64,000 bases of DNA from Anaerolineae bacterium (GCA_041082215.1 JBDOIF010000049.1:1-64000), one strand, 5' to 3'. Shown: positions 54,257 through 64,000, counted from the first letter of the stretch. Notes: generated by a model from the sequence alone, not told the origin. Translations and numbers: made by a program.

Positions 54257-55357
54257 CTATGGTGCGGTCTTTGCGCCCTCTCCGGCGATGAAGGCCTCCA
54301 CTGCCTGGCGGGCCTCGTCGTCGGTCATCTGGACCGGTGGGGATTTCATAAAGTAGGCCGAAGGGGCCAGGATCGCGCCGCTCAGCCCCCGGTCCAGGGC
54401 CAGCTTGCAGCAACGGACAGCGTCAATCACCACGCCGGCCGAGTTGGGGCTGTCCCACACCTCCAGCTTCAGCTCGATGTTCAACGGGGCACCGCCGAAG
54501 GTGGTCCCTTCTACACGGATGTAACACCACTTCCGGTCCGTCAGCCAGGGGACATAGTCGGAAGGCCCCACATGGATGTTTTCCGGGGGCAGCTCGTAGT
54601 CTAACTGACTGGTCACCGCCGTCGTCTTGGAGATTTTCTTGGACTCCAGCCGCTCCCGCTCCAGCATGTTGTAGAAGTCCATGTTGCCGCCGAAGTTGAG
54701 CTGATAGGTCCGATCTATCCGGACGCCCCGGTCTCTCAGAAGACGGGTGAGCACCCGGTGGACGATGGTGGCCCCCACCTGGCTCTTGACGTCGTCGCCG
54801 ATGACGGGGAGGCCCCGTTCGGCAAACCGCTGCTGCCAGTAAGGCTCGCGGGCGATGAAGACGGGGATACCGTTGACGAAGCCGCATCTGGCTTCCAGGA
54901 CCTGCTCGATGTACCACTTGGTGGCCATCTCGCTCCCCACCGGCAGGAAGTTGACCACCACATCGGTGCCAGTGTCCCTCAGGATGCGGACGATATCATC
55001 GGTGGGGCCGGGGGCTTTGTGGATGACCTGCTTGAGGTATCGGCCCAGTCCGTCGTGGGTCATCCCCCGGTGGACAGGCACGCCCAGATGGGGGACGTCG
55101 CAAAAGCGGAGGGTATTGTTCGGCCCGGCAAAGATCGCTTCCGAGAGGTCCTTCCCGACCTTTTCGCTATCTATGTCGAAGGCGGCAGTGAACTGGATGT
55201 CCCGCACGTGGTATCCCCCGAGGACAGGGTGCATCAGGCCAGGGATCACGTCGTCTTCGGCGGCGTCGCGGTAGAAAAAGACGCCCTGAACAAGGGCGGA
55301 GGCGCAGTTGCCAACGCCGATGATCGCGACGCGGACCTTTCCGTCGGTGCTGCTCAT
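54257..55357 (-). CDS. ino1: myo-inositol-1-phosphate synthase
   Basis: [48 protein letters not shown]. Confidence 0.96.
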   Translation of the reverse strand: MSSTDGKVRVAIIGVGNCASALVQGVFFYRDAAEDDVIPGLMHPVLGGYHVRDIQFTAAFDIDSEKVGKDLSEAIFAGPNNTLRFCDVPHLGVPVHRGMTHDGLGRYLKQVIHKAPGPTDDIVRILRDTGTDVVVNFLPVGSEMATKWYIEQVLEARCGFVNGIPVFIAREPYWQQRFAERGLPVIGDDVKSQVGATIVHRVLTRLLRDRGVRIDRTYQLNFGGNMDFYNMLERERLESKKISKTTAVTSQLDYELPPENIHVGPSDYVPWLTDRKWCYIRVEGTTFGGAPLNIELKLEVWDSPNSAGVVIDAVRCCKLALDRGLSGAILAPSAYFMKSPPVQMTDDEARQAVEAFIAGEGAKTAP

Positions 55358-55710
55358 TCCGCTTTTCCTCCTCGTTCAAGGTTTTTCTTCCGTCCGGCTC
55401 CGATTTCGGCCAGCAGGGCAGGCAGCGCCCGATACTGCCGCTCCAGAGCTTCCAGGTCTGCCGAATAGCGGGCGATCCGGCCGTCCCGCTTCACCTTTAC
55501 CAGGCCGAGGGCGCGGAGCCGGGCCAGGTGCCAGGAGACGAGGGGCTGGCTCACCCGCACGGCACGGACGATCTCCGTCACCGTCATCTCCCCGGCCTGG
55601 ACCAGGGCGACAAGGATACGCAGCCGCAGAGGGTCTTTCAGGGCGTAAAAGAAGCGGGCGATTTCCCGCAGCCGGGCGTCCAGGCTCTTTTCCAACGGTG
55701 GCAAAAGCAT
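55354..55710 (-). CDS. ArsR/SmtB family transcriptional regulator
   Basis: [14 protein letters not shown]...[18 protein letters not shown]. Confidence 0.9.
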   Translation of the reverse strand: MLLPPLEKSLDARLREIARFFYALKDPLRLRILVALVQAGEMTVTEIVRAVRVSQPLVSWHLARLRALGLVKVKRDGRIARYSADLEALERQYRALPALLAEIGAGRKKNLERGGKAE

Positions 55711-55721
55711 AAATGGAAACT

Positions 55722-55768
55722 TGATAAACGATTGCTTATATATTACCGCAGGTGGGGGAACCTGTCAA
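55722..55768 (-). promoter_or_regulatory. Promoter and probable ArsR-type operator of the ArsR-ino1-pgsA operon
   Basis: TTGACA-17-TAATAT (55768-55740); imperfect inverted repeat TGATAAACG-AT-TGCTTATAT at 55722-55741. Confidence 0.65.
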
Positions 55769-55784
55769 GGGAAATGATTTGCAC

Positions 55785-55975
55785 AGGTGTATTTCAGTTT
55801 GGGGGCAAGATGTCCCTGGCCCGGGCCGGACCTGGGGAAACACGAATGGCGCGAATGGAAACGAATACCGCGAATGGGACAGGACCCCTCCTGTTCGCGG
55901 TATTCGGGCCATTCGTGGGATTCGCGATCCACCGGCGGGTGAGAGGACCACCTGCCCCGAAATTGAAATACGCCC
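55785..55975 (+). mobile_element. MITE copy 4 (191 bp) with 9-bp TSD (1 mismatch)
   Basis: GATTTGCAC (55776-55784) / GATTTGCGC (55976-55984). Confidence 0.87.
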
Positions 55976-56037
55976 GATTTGCGCCGAAAGGGAGTTGGGA
56001 TAGAATATGTCCCAATACCTGCGCGGAGGGAAGGCTT

Positions 56038-56610
56038 ATGGAGGATTTAAAGGCACGCATCCTGCAGGAGGGCCGCGATCTGGGAAGGGGCATCCTCAAG
56101 GTAGATAGCTTTATCAACCACCAGATTGACCCGCTCCTGATGCGGCGCGCCGGAGAAGAGCTGGCGCGCCGCTTCGCTTCTGCCAGGGCAACGAAGATCC
56201 TCACCGCCGAAATCTCCGGCATCGCCCCGGCGCTGGCCGCCGGGTTCGCCCTGGGCGTACCGGTGGTCTTTGCCCGCAAGACCAAGCCGATCACGATGAT
56301 GGAGCCGGTCTACGTCGAAAGCGCCCCCTCCCACACCAAGGGGCTGGAGGTATTGCTGATGGCCTCCCCGGAATACCTCCACGCCGACGATCGGGTGCTC
56401 ATCGTGGACGACTTCCTCGCCACCGGCCACACCATCGCCGCCCTGGTCCGCCTGGTCCAGAAGGCCGGCGCAGAGCTGGTGGGCATCGGCGTCCTCATCG
56501 AAAAACAGTTCGAAGGGGGGCGACAGGTGCTGGCGAACCTGAACGTCCCCATCGAGTCGCTGGTCACCATCGCCGAGATGAGGGATGGCCAGATCATCCT
56601 GGCCGAATAA
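56038..56610 (+). CDS. xpt: Xanthine phosphoribosyltransferase
   Basis: [35 protein letters not shown]. Confidence 0.93.
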   Translation: MEDLKARILQEGRDLGRGILKVDSFINHQIDPLLMRRAGEELARRFASARATKILTAEISGIAPALAAGFALGVPVVFARKTKPITMMEPVYVESAPSHTKGLEVLLMASPEYLHADDRVLIVDDFLATGHTIAALVRLVQKAGAELVGIGVLIEKQFEGGRQVLANLNVPIESLVTIAEMRDGQIILAE

Positions 56611-56627
56611 AGCCGCCAGCAACCAGC

Positions 56628-58169
56628 ATGCACGACGCCATAGCCATCCTCGACTACGGATCACAGACCACTCAGCTCATCGCCCGACGGCTGCGGGAAG
56701 CCCACGTCTACTGCGAGCTTTTCCCGTGGGACGCTCCACCCGAACAGGTGCTGGCCCTCCGGCCCAGGGGGTTCATCCTCTCCGGCGGTCCGGCCAGCGT
56801 CTATGAGCCGGACGCCCCCACCCTCCCCCCCTACATCCTGGAAAGCGGCCTTCCGGTCCTGGGCATCTGCTACGGGATGCAGCTCCTGGCCCAGGCGCTG
56901 GGCGGACGGGTGACGCGCACCCCCCGGCAGGAGTACGGCCCGGCAGAGCTGGAACGGCTGACCGAAGAGGAGCTGCTGGCTCCCTTCCAGGCCGAACCCC
57001 GGGTCTGGATGAGCCACGGCGACCGGGTGGAGCGGTTGCCGTCCGGCTTCCGCCTCCTGGCCCGCACCGCCAACACCCCCATTGCGGCGATGGGCGATCC
57101 CCGCCGACACCTCTACGGCGTCCAGTTCCACCCCGAAGTGGCCCACACCCCCGCCGGCCGGGAGTTCCTCCACCGCTTCGCCCTCCAGCTCTGCGGCTGC
57201 CGGCCCACCTGGACCCCCGCCGCATTCATCGGGGAGGCGGTGGACCGGATCCGGGAGCTGGTGGGAGAGGAAAGGGTGATCTGCGGCCTCAGCGGCGGGG
57301 TGGACTCCGCTGTCACCGCCACGCTGGTCCATCGGGCAGTGGGGGACCGGCTGACCTGCGTGTTCGTCAATACCGGCCTGATGCGGCGGGGAGAGCCGGA
57401 ACAGGTGGTCCATACCTTCCGCGACCGTTTGGGGATGCGGCTGGTGACGGTGGACGCCACCGAGGCGTTCCTTTCCGCCCTGGAAGGAGTGACCGACCCG
57501 GAGGAGAAACGGAGGATCATCGGCGAGCTGTTCGTGCGGCTCTTCGAACGGGAGGCGGAGCGGCTGGGAAAGGCGGAGTTCCTGGCCCAGGGCACTCTGT
57601 ATCCGGATGTGATCGAGTCGGCTGCGCCAGACCGGCCGGGCGCCCGCCGGATCAAGACCCACCATAACGTCGGTGGGCTGCCGGAGCGGATGCGGCTGCG
57701 GCTGGTGGAGCCGCTGCGGTATCTTTTTAAAGATGAGGTGCGGGCAGTGGGAGAGGCGCTGGGGCTTCCCGCGGAGATCGTCTGGCGGCAGCCCTTTCCC
57801 GGGCCGGGCCTGGCCGTGCGGGTGGTCGGCGAGGTGACCTGGGAGCGGCTGGAGCGGCTACGGGCCGCCGACGCGATCCTGCTGGAGGAGCTGGACCGGG
57901 CAGGCCTGCTGCGGGGAGCGACCCAGCAGGCCTTCGCCGTGCTCCTGCCGGTGCGGAGCGTCGGAGTGATGGGGGACGGGCGGACGTATCAGGAGGTGGT
58001 GGCGCTGCGGGTGGTGACCACCGAGGACTTCATGACCGCCGACTGGGCGCGGCTGGACCCGGAACTGCTGGCCCGCATCGGGAACCGCATTGTCAACGAG
58101 GTGAAGGGGATCAACCGGGTGGTCTACGACATCACCCCCAAACCCCCGGCGACGATCGAGTGGGAATAG
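56628..58169 (+). CDS. guaA: GMP synthase (glutamine-hydrolysing)
   Basis: [37 protein letters not shown]. Confidence 0.98.
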   Translation: MHDAIAILDYGSQTTQLIARRLREAHVYCELFPWDAPPEQVLALRPRGFILSGGPASVYEPDAPTLPPYILESGLPVLGICYGMQLLAQALGGRVTRTPRQEYGPAELERLTEEELLAPFQAEPRVWMSHGDRVERLPSGFRLLARTANTPIAAMGDPRRHLYGVQFHPEVAHTPAGREFLHRFALQLCGCRPTWTPAAFIGEAVDRIRELVGEERVICGLSGGVDSAVTATLVHRAVGDRLTCVFVNTGLMRRGEPEQVVHTFRDRLGMRLVTVDATEAFLSALEGVTDPEEKRRIIGELFVRLFEREAERLGKAEFLAQGTLYPDVIESAAPDRPGARRIKTHHNVGGLPERMRLRLVEPLRYLFKDEVRAVGEALGLPAEIVWRQPFPGPGLAVRVVGEVTWERLERLRAADAILLEELDRAGLLRGATQQAFAVLLPVRSVGVMGDGRTYQEVVALRVVTTEDFMTADWARLDPELLARIGNRIVNEVKGINRVVYDITPKPPATIEWE

Positions 58170-58171
58170 CC

Positions 58172-58200
58172 TTGACCTCCATTCAAAACAGCGGTAGAAT
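58172..58200 (+). promoter_or_regulatory. sigma70-type promoter of zinc-ribbon gene
   Basis: TTGACC-17-TAGAAT. Confidence 0.7.
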
Positions 58201-58218
58201 GGGGGCCGAGGTGGTACG

Positions 58219-58452
58219 ATGCCGCTCTACGAATACATCTGCCAGGAATGCAAGACCCGCTTTGACGCGCTACGGCCGATGGCCCAGGCCGATGCCCCCA
58301 TCGCCTGCCCTGAATGCGGAAGCAACAACACAAGCCGGGCCATCTCCCTCTTTGCAGCTATCGGTAGCGAGGGGGTGATCGCCGGAGGAGGCTCTTCCTG
58401 CGGTTCCTGTACCCCCTCCGGCGCCTGCGCCACCTGCGCCGCCAAACGGTAG
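58219..58452 (+). CDS. FmdB-family zinc-ribbon protein (CxxC_CxxC_SSSS)
   Basis: MPLYEYICQEC...CPECGS...SCGSC...CATC. Confidence 0.92.
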   Translation: MPLYEYICQECKTRFDALRPMAQADAPIACPECGSNNTSRAISLFAAIGSEGVIAGGGSSCGSCTPSGACATCAAKR

Positions 58453-58539
58453 CAAACCACAGAGAACACGGAATTCCCCACAAGATTGGGGGGTTTCCCG
58501 TAATTGCTTACCCCCACAGCGCAGGCCACACCCGTTTTT

Positions 58540-58613
58540 CGCAGGCTAACAGCCTGCGCCACGTAGCGCAGGCCGCCAGGCCTGTTTCGCACAGGCTAAC
58601 AGCCTGCACTACG
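58540..58613. repeat. REP-like cluster (CAGGCTAACAGCCTG / GCGCAGGCCGCCAGGCCTG)
   Basis: Same units at 8221-8267 and 62491-62535. Confidence 0.85.
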
Positions 58614-58632
58614 TAACACAGGATGCCAGCTC

Positions 58633-59304
58633 TTAGCGATGGTGGCGAAGCTTAAGGCCCAGCCACCCAACCCCGATCAGGATCAGGACGCCGCCAATCC
58701 AGATCGCCGGCGTTCCCCTCCCGCCGGACTCAGGGAGCAGGCCGGGCACGGTGACGGTCTCCTGCACCGGTATCTCGCCGGTCTGATCGGACCCTACTAC
58801 AGCGACGTTTTCGATCCGCGTGCCCGGAGGGACATCGGGCCGTACACGGACAGTGATGGTGAGCGTGGCCGAGTAGCCGGCCCCCAAAGTGCCTATCGTC
58901 GCAACCACCCGGTTCCCCTCGACCGTTACCTCTCCCTGAGTGACGACAGCATCCAGCACCTCCAGCTCCGCCGGCACGCCGTCCACGATCGTCACGCCCG
59001 TCGCTGCCTGTGGCCCCCTGTTCTCCACCACGATGGAGAAGACCACCGTCCCTCCCGGACTGACCAGCGTCCTGTCCGCCTCCTTGCTCACCCGCAGCTC
59101 AACCCCTCCAGGGGGAGGAGAGGGCGTCAGGCCAGGCGGCGTCGAGGTAGGGGTCGGGGTAAAGGTGGAAGTTGCGGTAGGGGTGTCGGTCGGCGTCATG
59201 CCAGCCAGCACCCGGGCCCCGGAAGGCTGCCCTCCCCCCCAGGCCAGCACAAGCAACAACCCCAGGACCAGGGAAACCACGCCCCAAACGATCTCTTTTC
59301 TCAT
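58633..59304 (-). CDS. Secreted DUF11-domain protein with LPxTG-like (LPESG) C-terminal anchor
   Basis: Signal peptide, PT linker, VSKEAD..V.PG..V.F.I.VEN.G..AT.V.I.D, LPESG + TM + KLRHHR. Confidence 0.82.
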   Translation of the reverse strand: MRKEIVWGVVSLVLGLLLVLAWGGGQPSGARVLAGMTPTDTPTATSTFTPTPTSTPPGLTPSPPPGGVELRVSKEADRTLVSPGGTVVFSIVVENRGPQAATGVTIVDGVPAELEVLDAVVTQGEVTVEGNRVVATIGTLGAGYSATLTITVRVRPDVPPGTRIENVAVVGSDQTGEIPVQETVTVPGLLPESGGRGTPAIWIGGVLILIGVGWLGLKLRHHR

Positions 59305-59538
59305 CGGCCCTCCTTTTACCGGCCTCTCTCTTTTCCGAAGCCAGGTAACTGCCTACCCCGGGGGTTAACCGCTCCGCCTGCCCTCACCCCACCCTCGCCC
59401 GCCTGCGGCGGGCGCCCCCTCCCGGTAGTTACGAGGCAAGTTCCTTTCACCATCATCGAATTCAAAGGATACTCAAGGCAAATCCTATTGTAGAACATTC
59501 CGCCTATTTTCACAACCGACCGACAGGCGTGCCCCCCA

Positions 59539-62451
59539 TCACGGCTCCCGCCGGACCAGGGGGAGATAGACCTGCGCCGCCCACGGCTCAAGGGTCCGGT
59601 TCAGCCGGAGGGCAGGGTCCCCCAACAGGCTGAAGGTGTCCAGAAGATCGAGGTTCTGACCGCTCGAGGCCAGGTTCAGCTTTCCCGCCAGGGTCGCCTC
59701 GCCGACCGTGGTGACCGTATCGGAGAAGACGGCCCGGAAGAAGCCATCGGAGAGGCGGCTGTGGCCGGTGCTCGACCCCAACCCCGTCGGCCCCCAGGCG
59801 GCCACTGCACCCGCATCCGGACGGGTGACCAGCGCCTCGTCCAGCGTCGGCTCCGGGCGGTGGAACGCGCCGGTAAAGCAGGTCATCTCCGCCAGAACCG
59901 GGTAGCGCTGGCTGTTGCGGAGTAAGGGGAGGTCGTCCAGGTGAAAGAGCCGCTCCCTCGCCCACTGCTGCCAGGAGGAGTGGCCGGTGAACTGGGTCAG
60001 CAGCGCCCCGCTGTTCCAGTCGGAAAGGAGCGCGGTATGGAGGGCAGCAGCCTCCTCCGGCGAGCAGTCATCCTTATACCGCTCGACGCCCGCACAGTAG
60101 CGCCGGGCGACGGTGAACGGATCGGCCACGTAAACGGCAGCGTGGTCATCGGACTCTTTGGGAAAGTCGCCGGCATAGTCCGCATCGTCGGCTGCCAGGA
60201 GCACCCTGGCGTTCCAGCCGCCGGGAAGCGGATCGGTTTCGTAGGCGACGGTCTTGGCGACCATCGCTGCCGCCTGCTCCGGCGAGTCCACCGGCAGCCG
60301 CCCCAGGAGCAGGTCGGGCAGGTTGTCGTCGCCGTCCACACAGACGTACCGGTTATCGGCGGCGGCCTCCCCACCCGCGGGGTCCACTTCTGCCAGGTAG
60401 GGCGGGATGAAGGTGGGGGGCGAGATCGGGAGATAGCGCCGGGGGTCGTAGGAGCCGTCGCCGACCAGAAGGACGAAGGTCGGACGGGGGTCCCAGGTGG
60501 CGTAGGCGTCGGCGATGAAGGCGCGGATGGCCTCCGGATCGGGCCGGCCATCGCCGTAGGCGTCGTAGACGCCCAGGACGTTGACCATAGCGACCGACAG
60601 GCCCTGGGACCGGCGCAGCTCTATCAGCGGGCCGAGGGCGTCGGCAAAGGCGGGGTGGGCGATGATGAGGTAATCGGCGCCGGTCGCGCCGCCGGCGGTG
60701 TGGAAGCCCCACAGGTCCTCTGCAGCCCGCACCCGGCGGGGGGAACGGATACCGCTCCCGGCCGCCACGACATAACGGCGCGGGCCGCCCCCGGGCGGGT
60801 CGCCCAGCGTGATCGAGTGTCCGTTCTCCTGGAATCCGCTCAGCCGTACGGGATGGAGTGGGTCGGTGACGTCGTAGGCCCGGTAGGGGCCGGAGGGGGC
60901 CAGGGCGACAGTGTAAGCCCTTCGCTCAGCCGCCCCGGCAAAGCTTACAGACCCCCCCACCAGTGCGGTGGAGCGGGCATAGCGGACGGCGAACGCATCC
61001 AGCCACACCCCTTCCACATTCACGCCGGGAATGCCGGGGAGGGTGAGGGTGAGGAGGTTGGACGCCGTCAGGAGGCCCGGCGGTAAGGAGAACGTAGCAG
61101 TAAACGCCGTTTTGCCGTCCCACTCCACCAGGCCCAGGGAAGTCGTATTGACCACCACCTCCACCCGATGGTCCGGATTGGCCGTCATAACGGACGTGTA
61201 GCCGATGAACCGGAGTGTAAGCTGGGTGGCAGCAGCAGCCTCCACGGCGGGGAGCTGAAAGGGGAAGGAGCGGACGGGACTGCCGGGGCGCTTCAGCTCT
61301 TCCCAGACCCACCGGTCGCCATTCCACCCCGACGGGAGCGGGCCACAGAAACAGTTGGGAGTGTAGATGTGGTTTTCCTCGAAGGTCTGCTCGACCCAGG
61401 GAGCACTGGAGGGAAGGCCAGCGGGGTCGGCAGAGCGCGAGGCCATCCGCTGCCCTGCCGCCTCGCCGACCACCAGCCGGTAGGCGTCCACACCGGTCCA
61501 TCGGCTGAAGCGGGGTTCGGCGTAGAAGAGGAGCGACTCGCCCGGCTCGAAGAGGGCGTCGCCATCCCCTTCCCACTCACAGGCCACCTCATCGTCGCCG
61601 CGGAAGAGGCGGAGGTAGCGGGGATCGGCGGCCCCGAAGCCCATCGCCGCCAGATCATCGTAACCCACACGGTAGAGTCCAGGCTGGTCCACCTCCAGGA
61701 AGGCGGCGATGCCTCCACCGGAAGAGGACGCGGGATGGAGCGACGGGGGGGCCGGGAGGGCGTCCCGGGGGTTGAGGACGGCGCGGCGGACGATTTCCTC
61801 GACCCACCCCCTGTCCCCTCCCGGGGTAGCGGTGAAGCCGCTGGAGGTGGGGCGAGGAACAAACTCCACCTCTGCCCGGACGCGGCGGTAGACGCGCAGG
61901 CGGTCCCCGTCGGGGAGGGCCGGATAGAAGACGACGCGGGCCAGACGGACGCCACGGAGAACCCCCAGGTCCTCCAGGACGACGGGCGCGGAGGGGGCCG
62001 GAAGGGGGTCGGCAGGAGCAAAGGCCGGGCCGATGGGGTGGCCTGTCTCATCCCACAAGGCCCCTTCAGGCTGCGGGGCGAGGGGGAGAGAGCCGGGGAG
62101 CGGGACAGTCGTTGCCTCGGCCCAGAGGAGGCGGAGGGAGGGGGTCGTTCCAGGGGGCACGGCGATAAGAGTGGAAGCGAAGGGGAGGCGCGGCAGGCCG
62201 GGACGGTCGGTCGGGGGCCAGTCCCCTGCAGTCACAGCGACGGTTCCGTTCCCCAGAGCTGTTACCTGCACAGGCGGCGCTGCCCATTCCAGCACCAGCC
62301 GGCCAGCATCGGCGCGAAGCAGCCGCAGCCCCGGCTCCGGAGGGGACGGGGCGGCGGTGGAGAAGCCGGTTTCGCTGGCGACGACGAGCAAGAGGGCGAG
62401 AACTGTGGCGTGTAGAAGCCGCCGCCCCTTTTTTTGAACCAGCCCGGCCAT
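59539..62451 (-). CDS. C25 (gingipain/PorU-like) cysteine peptidase, secreted, ending in VYLPLVRR
   Basis: Propeptide GLPRLP, ADYLII, VLLVGDGSYD, GRLPV, FTGHSS (His), EMTC (Cys), LLGDPAL; start approximate. Confidence 0.88.
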   Translation of the reverse strand: MAGLVQKKGRRLLHATVLALLLVVASETGFSTAAPSPPEPGLRLLRADAGRLVLEWAAPPVQVTALGNGTVAVTAGDWPPTDRPGLPRLPFASTLIAVPPGTTPSLRLLWAEATTVPLPGSLPLAPQPEGALWDETGHPIGPAFAPADPLPAPSAPVVLEDLGVLRGVRLARVVFYPALPDGDRLRVYRRVRAEVEFVPRPTSSGFTATPGGDRGWVEEIVRRAVLNPRDALPAPPSLHPASSSGGGIAAFLEVDQPGLYRVGYDDLAAMGFGAADPRYLRLFRGDDEVACEWEGDGDALFEPGESLLFYAEPRFSRWTGVDAYRLVVGEAAGQRMASRSADPAGLPSSAPWVEQTFEENHIYTPNCFCGPLPSGWNGDRWVWEELKRPGSPVRSFPFQLPAVEAAAATQLTLRFIGYTSVMTANPDHRVEVVVNTTSLGLVEWDGKTAFTATFSLPPGLLTASNLLTLTLPGIPGVNVEGVWLDAFAVRYARSTALVGGSVSFAGAAERRAYTVALAPSGPYRAYDVTDPLHPVRLSGFQENGHSITLGDPPGGGPRRYVVAAGSGIRSPRRVRAAEDLWGFHTAGGATGADYLIIAHPAFADALGPLIELRRSQGLSVAMVNVLGVYDAYGDGRPDPEAIRAFIADAYATWDPRPTFVLLVGDGSYDPRRYLPISPPTFIPPYLAEVDPAGGEAAADNRYVCVDGDDNLPDLLLGRLPVDSPEQAAAMVAKTVAYETDPLPGGWNARVLLAADDADYAGDFPKESDDHAAVYVADPFTVARRYCAGVERYKDDCSPEEAAALHTALLSDWNSGALLTQFTGHSSWQQWARERLFHLDDLPLLRNSQRYPVLAEMTCFTGAFHRPEPTLDEALVTRPDAGAVAAWGPTGLGSSTGHSRLSDGFFRAVFSDTVTTVGEATLAGKLNLASSGQNLDLLDTFSLLGDPALRLNRTLEPWAAQVYLPLVRREP

Positions 62452-62490
62452 TACGAAGATAAAGCCAATCCCCGGCATTTGTAGTAGCAC

Positions 62491-62535
62491 GCAGGCTGAC
62501 AGCCTGCATCACGTGGCGCAGGCCGCCAGGCCTGC
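62491..62535. repeat. REP-like cluster (third copy)
   Basis: GCAGGCTGACAGCCTGC and GCGCAGGCCGCCAGGCCTGC. Confidence 0.8.
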
Positions 62536-62556
62536 TTCCAACGCGTCGCTTTGGGC

Positions 62557-64000
62557 CTATCGCAGCACCAGGGGCAGGTAGAGCTGATACGGGAGTACTG
62601 CCACTCCGACGCCCGCGCTCACCGGCCCGTGGAAAACCTCATTCCCGATCGTATCCACATCCGCCAGCCAGTACCACCAGATGCCCGGCGAGGGAACCGT
62701 ATCGGTGTAGCTGTAGGCCGCTCCGCCGCCGTGGGCTGCAGAGGGAACGAAGGCCACCGGCACAGCCCGCGACCGGTCCGCCGATGAAGCCCGATACAGC
62801 CTGAAGCCGAAGGTATCTATCTCCACCGCCGTCGCCCACTCCAGCCGCACCTGTGTCCCTGCGACACCACCCACCCGGAAGTAGAGGAGCTCCACCGCCG
62901 TAGGTATCGTGGGAATATCGTTGATTTCCACCCCGTCGTCGTCCTCGTTGGCGTCATTGTCGTAGATGTCAACCACGTCGCTGATGGAGGCCGTGTTGAC
63001 GGTGGAGGTGATGTCGTGGACCACACGGAAAGTGGTGGTGATGATGAAAGAAGCGCCGGGCGGGAGATTCCGGTCAAAGCCATGGGGAGCGGGTCCGGTG
63101 AGATCGTTCCAGGAAATGATCCCATCGTCGGCATCTTCCTCCGGATAGGGAACAGCACCCATGAAGCTCAGGTAGAAGGGGTCATACGTGTCGTTTAGGG
63201 GGAGGACGTCAATGACACTGGAGCCGATATTGGTAATGGCGATGGTAAAGGTGACGACTGAACCGTTCACCACATCCACGTGGGATGCCGCGAGCTCCTT
63301 ATCCACAACCACCCGGGGCTGGAGGGGCTTTACCGTATAGCCCAGGTCCAGGAACGGGGTGAGAGAATTGGCCGTACTCGGATCTTCACCCCACGCCGTG
63401 GCGATCCTGCCTCCCTCCAGCGTGTACAGCCGCATCCCTGTCTGGTCGTTGTCGGAGTTGTCGTAAACCTTCAGGGACTCGAGAGGCAAAAGGAGGTAGT
63501 CCACATCATAATGGTTGCCGTTCGGGTCCACCAGCGGGCCGGTCGTCGGGTTGCCGTCGTAGTCCACATAGAGGGTGAGCGTGGTCGCAGAAGTCACCCA
63601 GACCGGACTGCCGTTCGCCGCTCCGGTCGGATCATCCAGTCCGTTGCCCGGCCCCCATCCCACAACTGCTGCCGTGGTCAGCTCCCCCTCCGGGACCAGG
63701 CTGAAGCCCCACTCGTAGGAGGAGTTAGCGGAAGGATTAGCGCCCACAGTGGCGACGGCGAAGAAAGTGCTGCCATCGGCAGTGTACAGATGGGCAGCCG
63801 AGTTCTCCGGCATTTCATACCAGTAGACGCCGTTTGCAGCCACGTTGAACGACCCGGAGCCAACCCGGGTATCATAGTTGACGGTGATCGGCGTCTCGCC
63901 CGGGTTGTAGATAAGGATATACGTCTGCTGCACCTGCCCATCGAGGCGGCGAGAGGTACCAACCGGGCTGAAGTAACCGCTCCCCCACTCTTCGACAGGA
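62557..64000 (-). CDS. 5'-truncated large secreted protein: IgGFc-binding-like region, DUF11-like domain, PTAVELLYF module, YLPLVLR tail
   Basis: Frame is open to the window edge (PVEEWGSGYFSPVG...); VTFTIAITNIG; LEWATAVEID..GF.LYR...YSYTD. Confidence 0.75.
   Translation of the reverse strand, partial: PVEEWGSGYFSPVGTSRRLDGQVQQTYILIYNPGETPITVNYDTRVGSGSFNVAANGVYWYEMPENSAAHLYTADGSTFFAVATVGANPSANSSYEWGFSLVPEGELTTAAVVGWGPGNGLDDPTGAANGSPVWVTSATTLTLYVDYDGNPTTGPLVDPNGNHYDVDYLLLPLESLKVYDNSDNDQTGMRLYTLEGGRIATAWGEDPSTANSLTPFLDLGYTVKPLQPRVVVDKELAASHVDVVNGSVVTFTIAITNIGSSVIDVLPLNDTYDPFYLSFMGAVPYPEEDADDGIISWNDLTGPAPHGFDRNLPPGASFIITTTFRVVHDITSTVNTASISDVVDIYDNDANEDDDGVEINDIPTIPTAVELLYFRVGGVAGTQVRLEWATAVEIDTFGFRLYRASSADRSRAVPVAFVPSAAHGGGAAYSYTDTVPSPGIWWYWLADVDTIGNEVFHGPVSAGVGVAVLPYQLYLPLVLR

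Noticed and set aside
55976..56037. Purine riboswitch before xpt
   Set aside because: No consensus aptamer and too little leader
55528..56037. N-terminal extension of Xpt in the ORF track
   Set aside because: Runs through the ArsR gene and the MITE; real start is ATG 56038 after GGAGG
63299..63307. DnaA box TTATCCACA / oriC
   Set aside because: Single occurrence inside a coding sequence

Overview
GC-rich bacterial chromosomal segment. Gene content and style point to Chloroflexota, probably Anaerolineae (inference): a large GT39 membrane protein with repeated C-terminal domains, YLPLV-tailed secreted proteins, an NBR1-Ig Ser/Thr kinase and a short YidC. It is mostly housekeeping: an F1-only atpAGDC block plus mreB, an Opp/Dpp ABC operon, a MoxR-DUF58-transglutaminase triad, rpsA-clpC-rpmH-rnpA-yidD-yidC-jag-pfkB-parAB (no dnaA in the window), nfi/Sir2/two-component genes, a bacterial Clp1 RNA kinase, an AmmeMemoRadiSam enzyme, mutS, ArsR-ino1-pgsA, xpt-guaA, and a cell-surface cluster with a C25 peptidase. 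No rRNA, tRNA, CRISPR array or transposase was seen. Most notable: (1) an in-frame YidD-lipobox-beta-propeller fusion in front of a short yidC; (2) a four-copy ~191-bp MITE with 8-9 bp target duplications, covarying arms and internal 9-mer hairpins; (3) a C25 (gingipain/PorU-like) peptidase next to a protein with a PTAV-ELLYF C-terminal module, both ending in YLPLVxR, which may be a Chloroflexi protein-sorting system; (4) several REP-like and heptamer repeat families that supply stop codons or coding tails.
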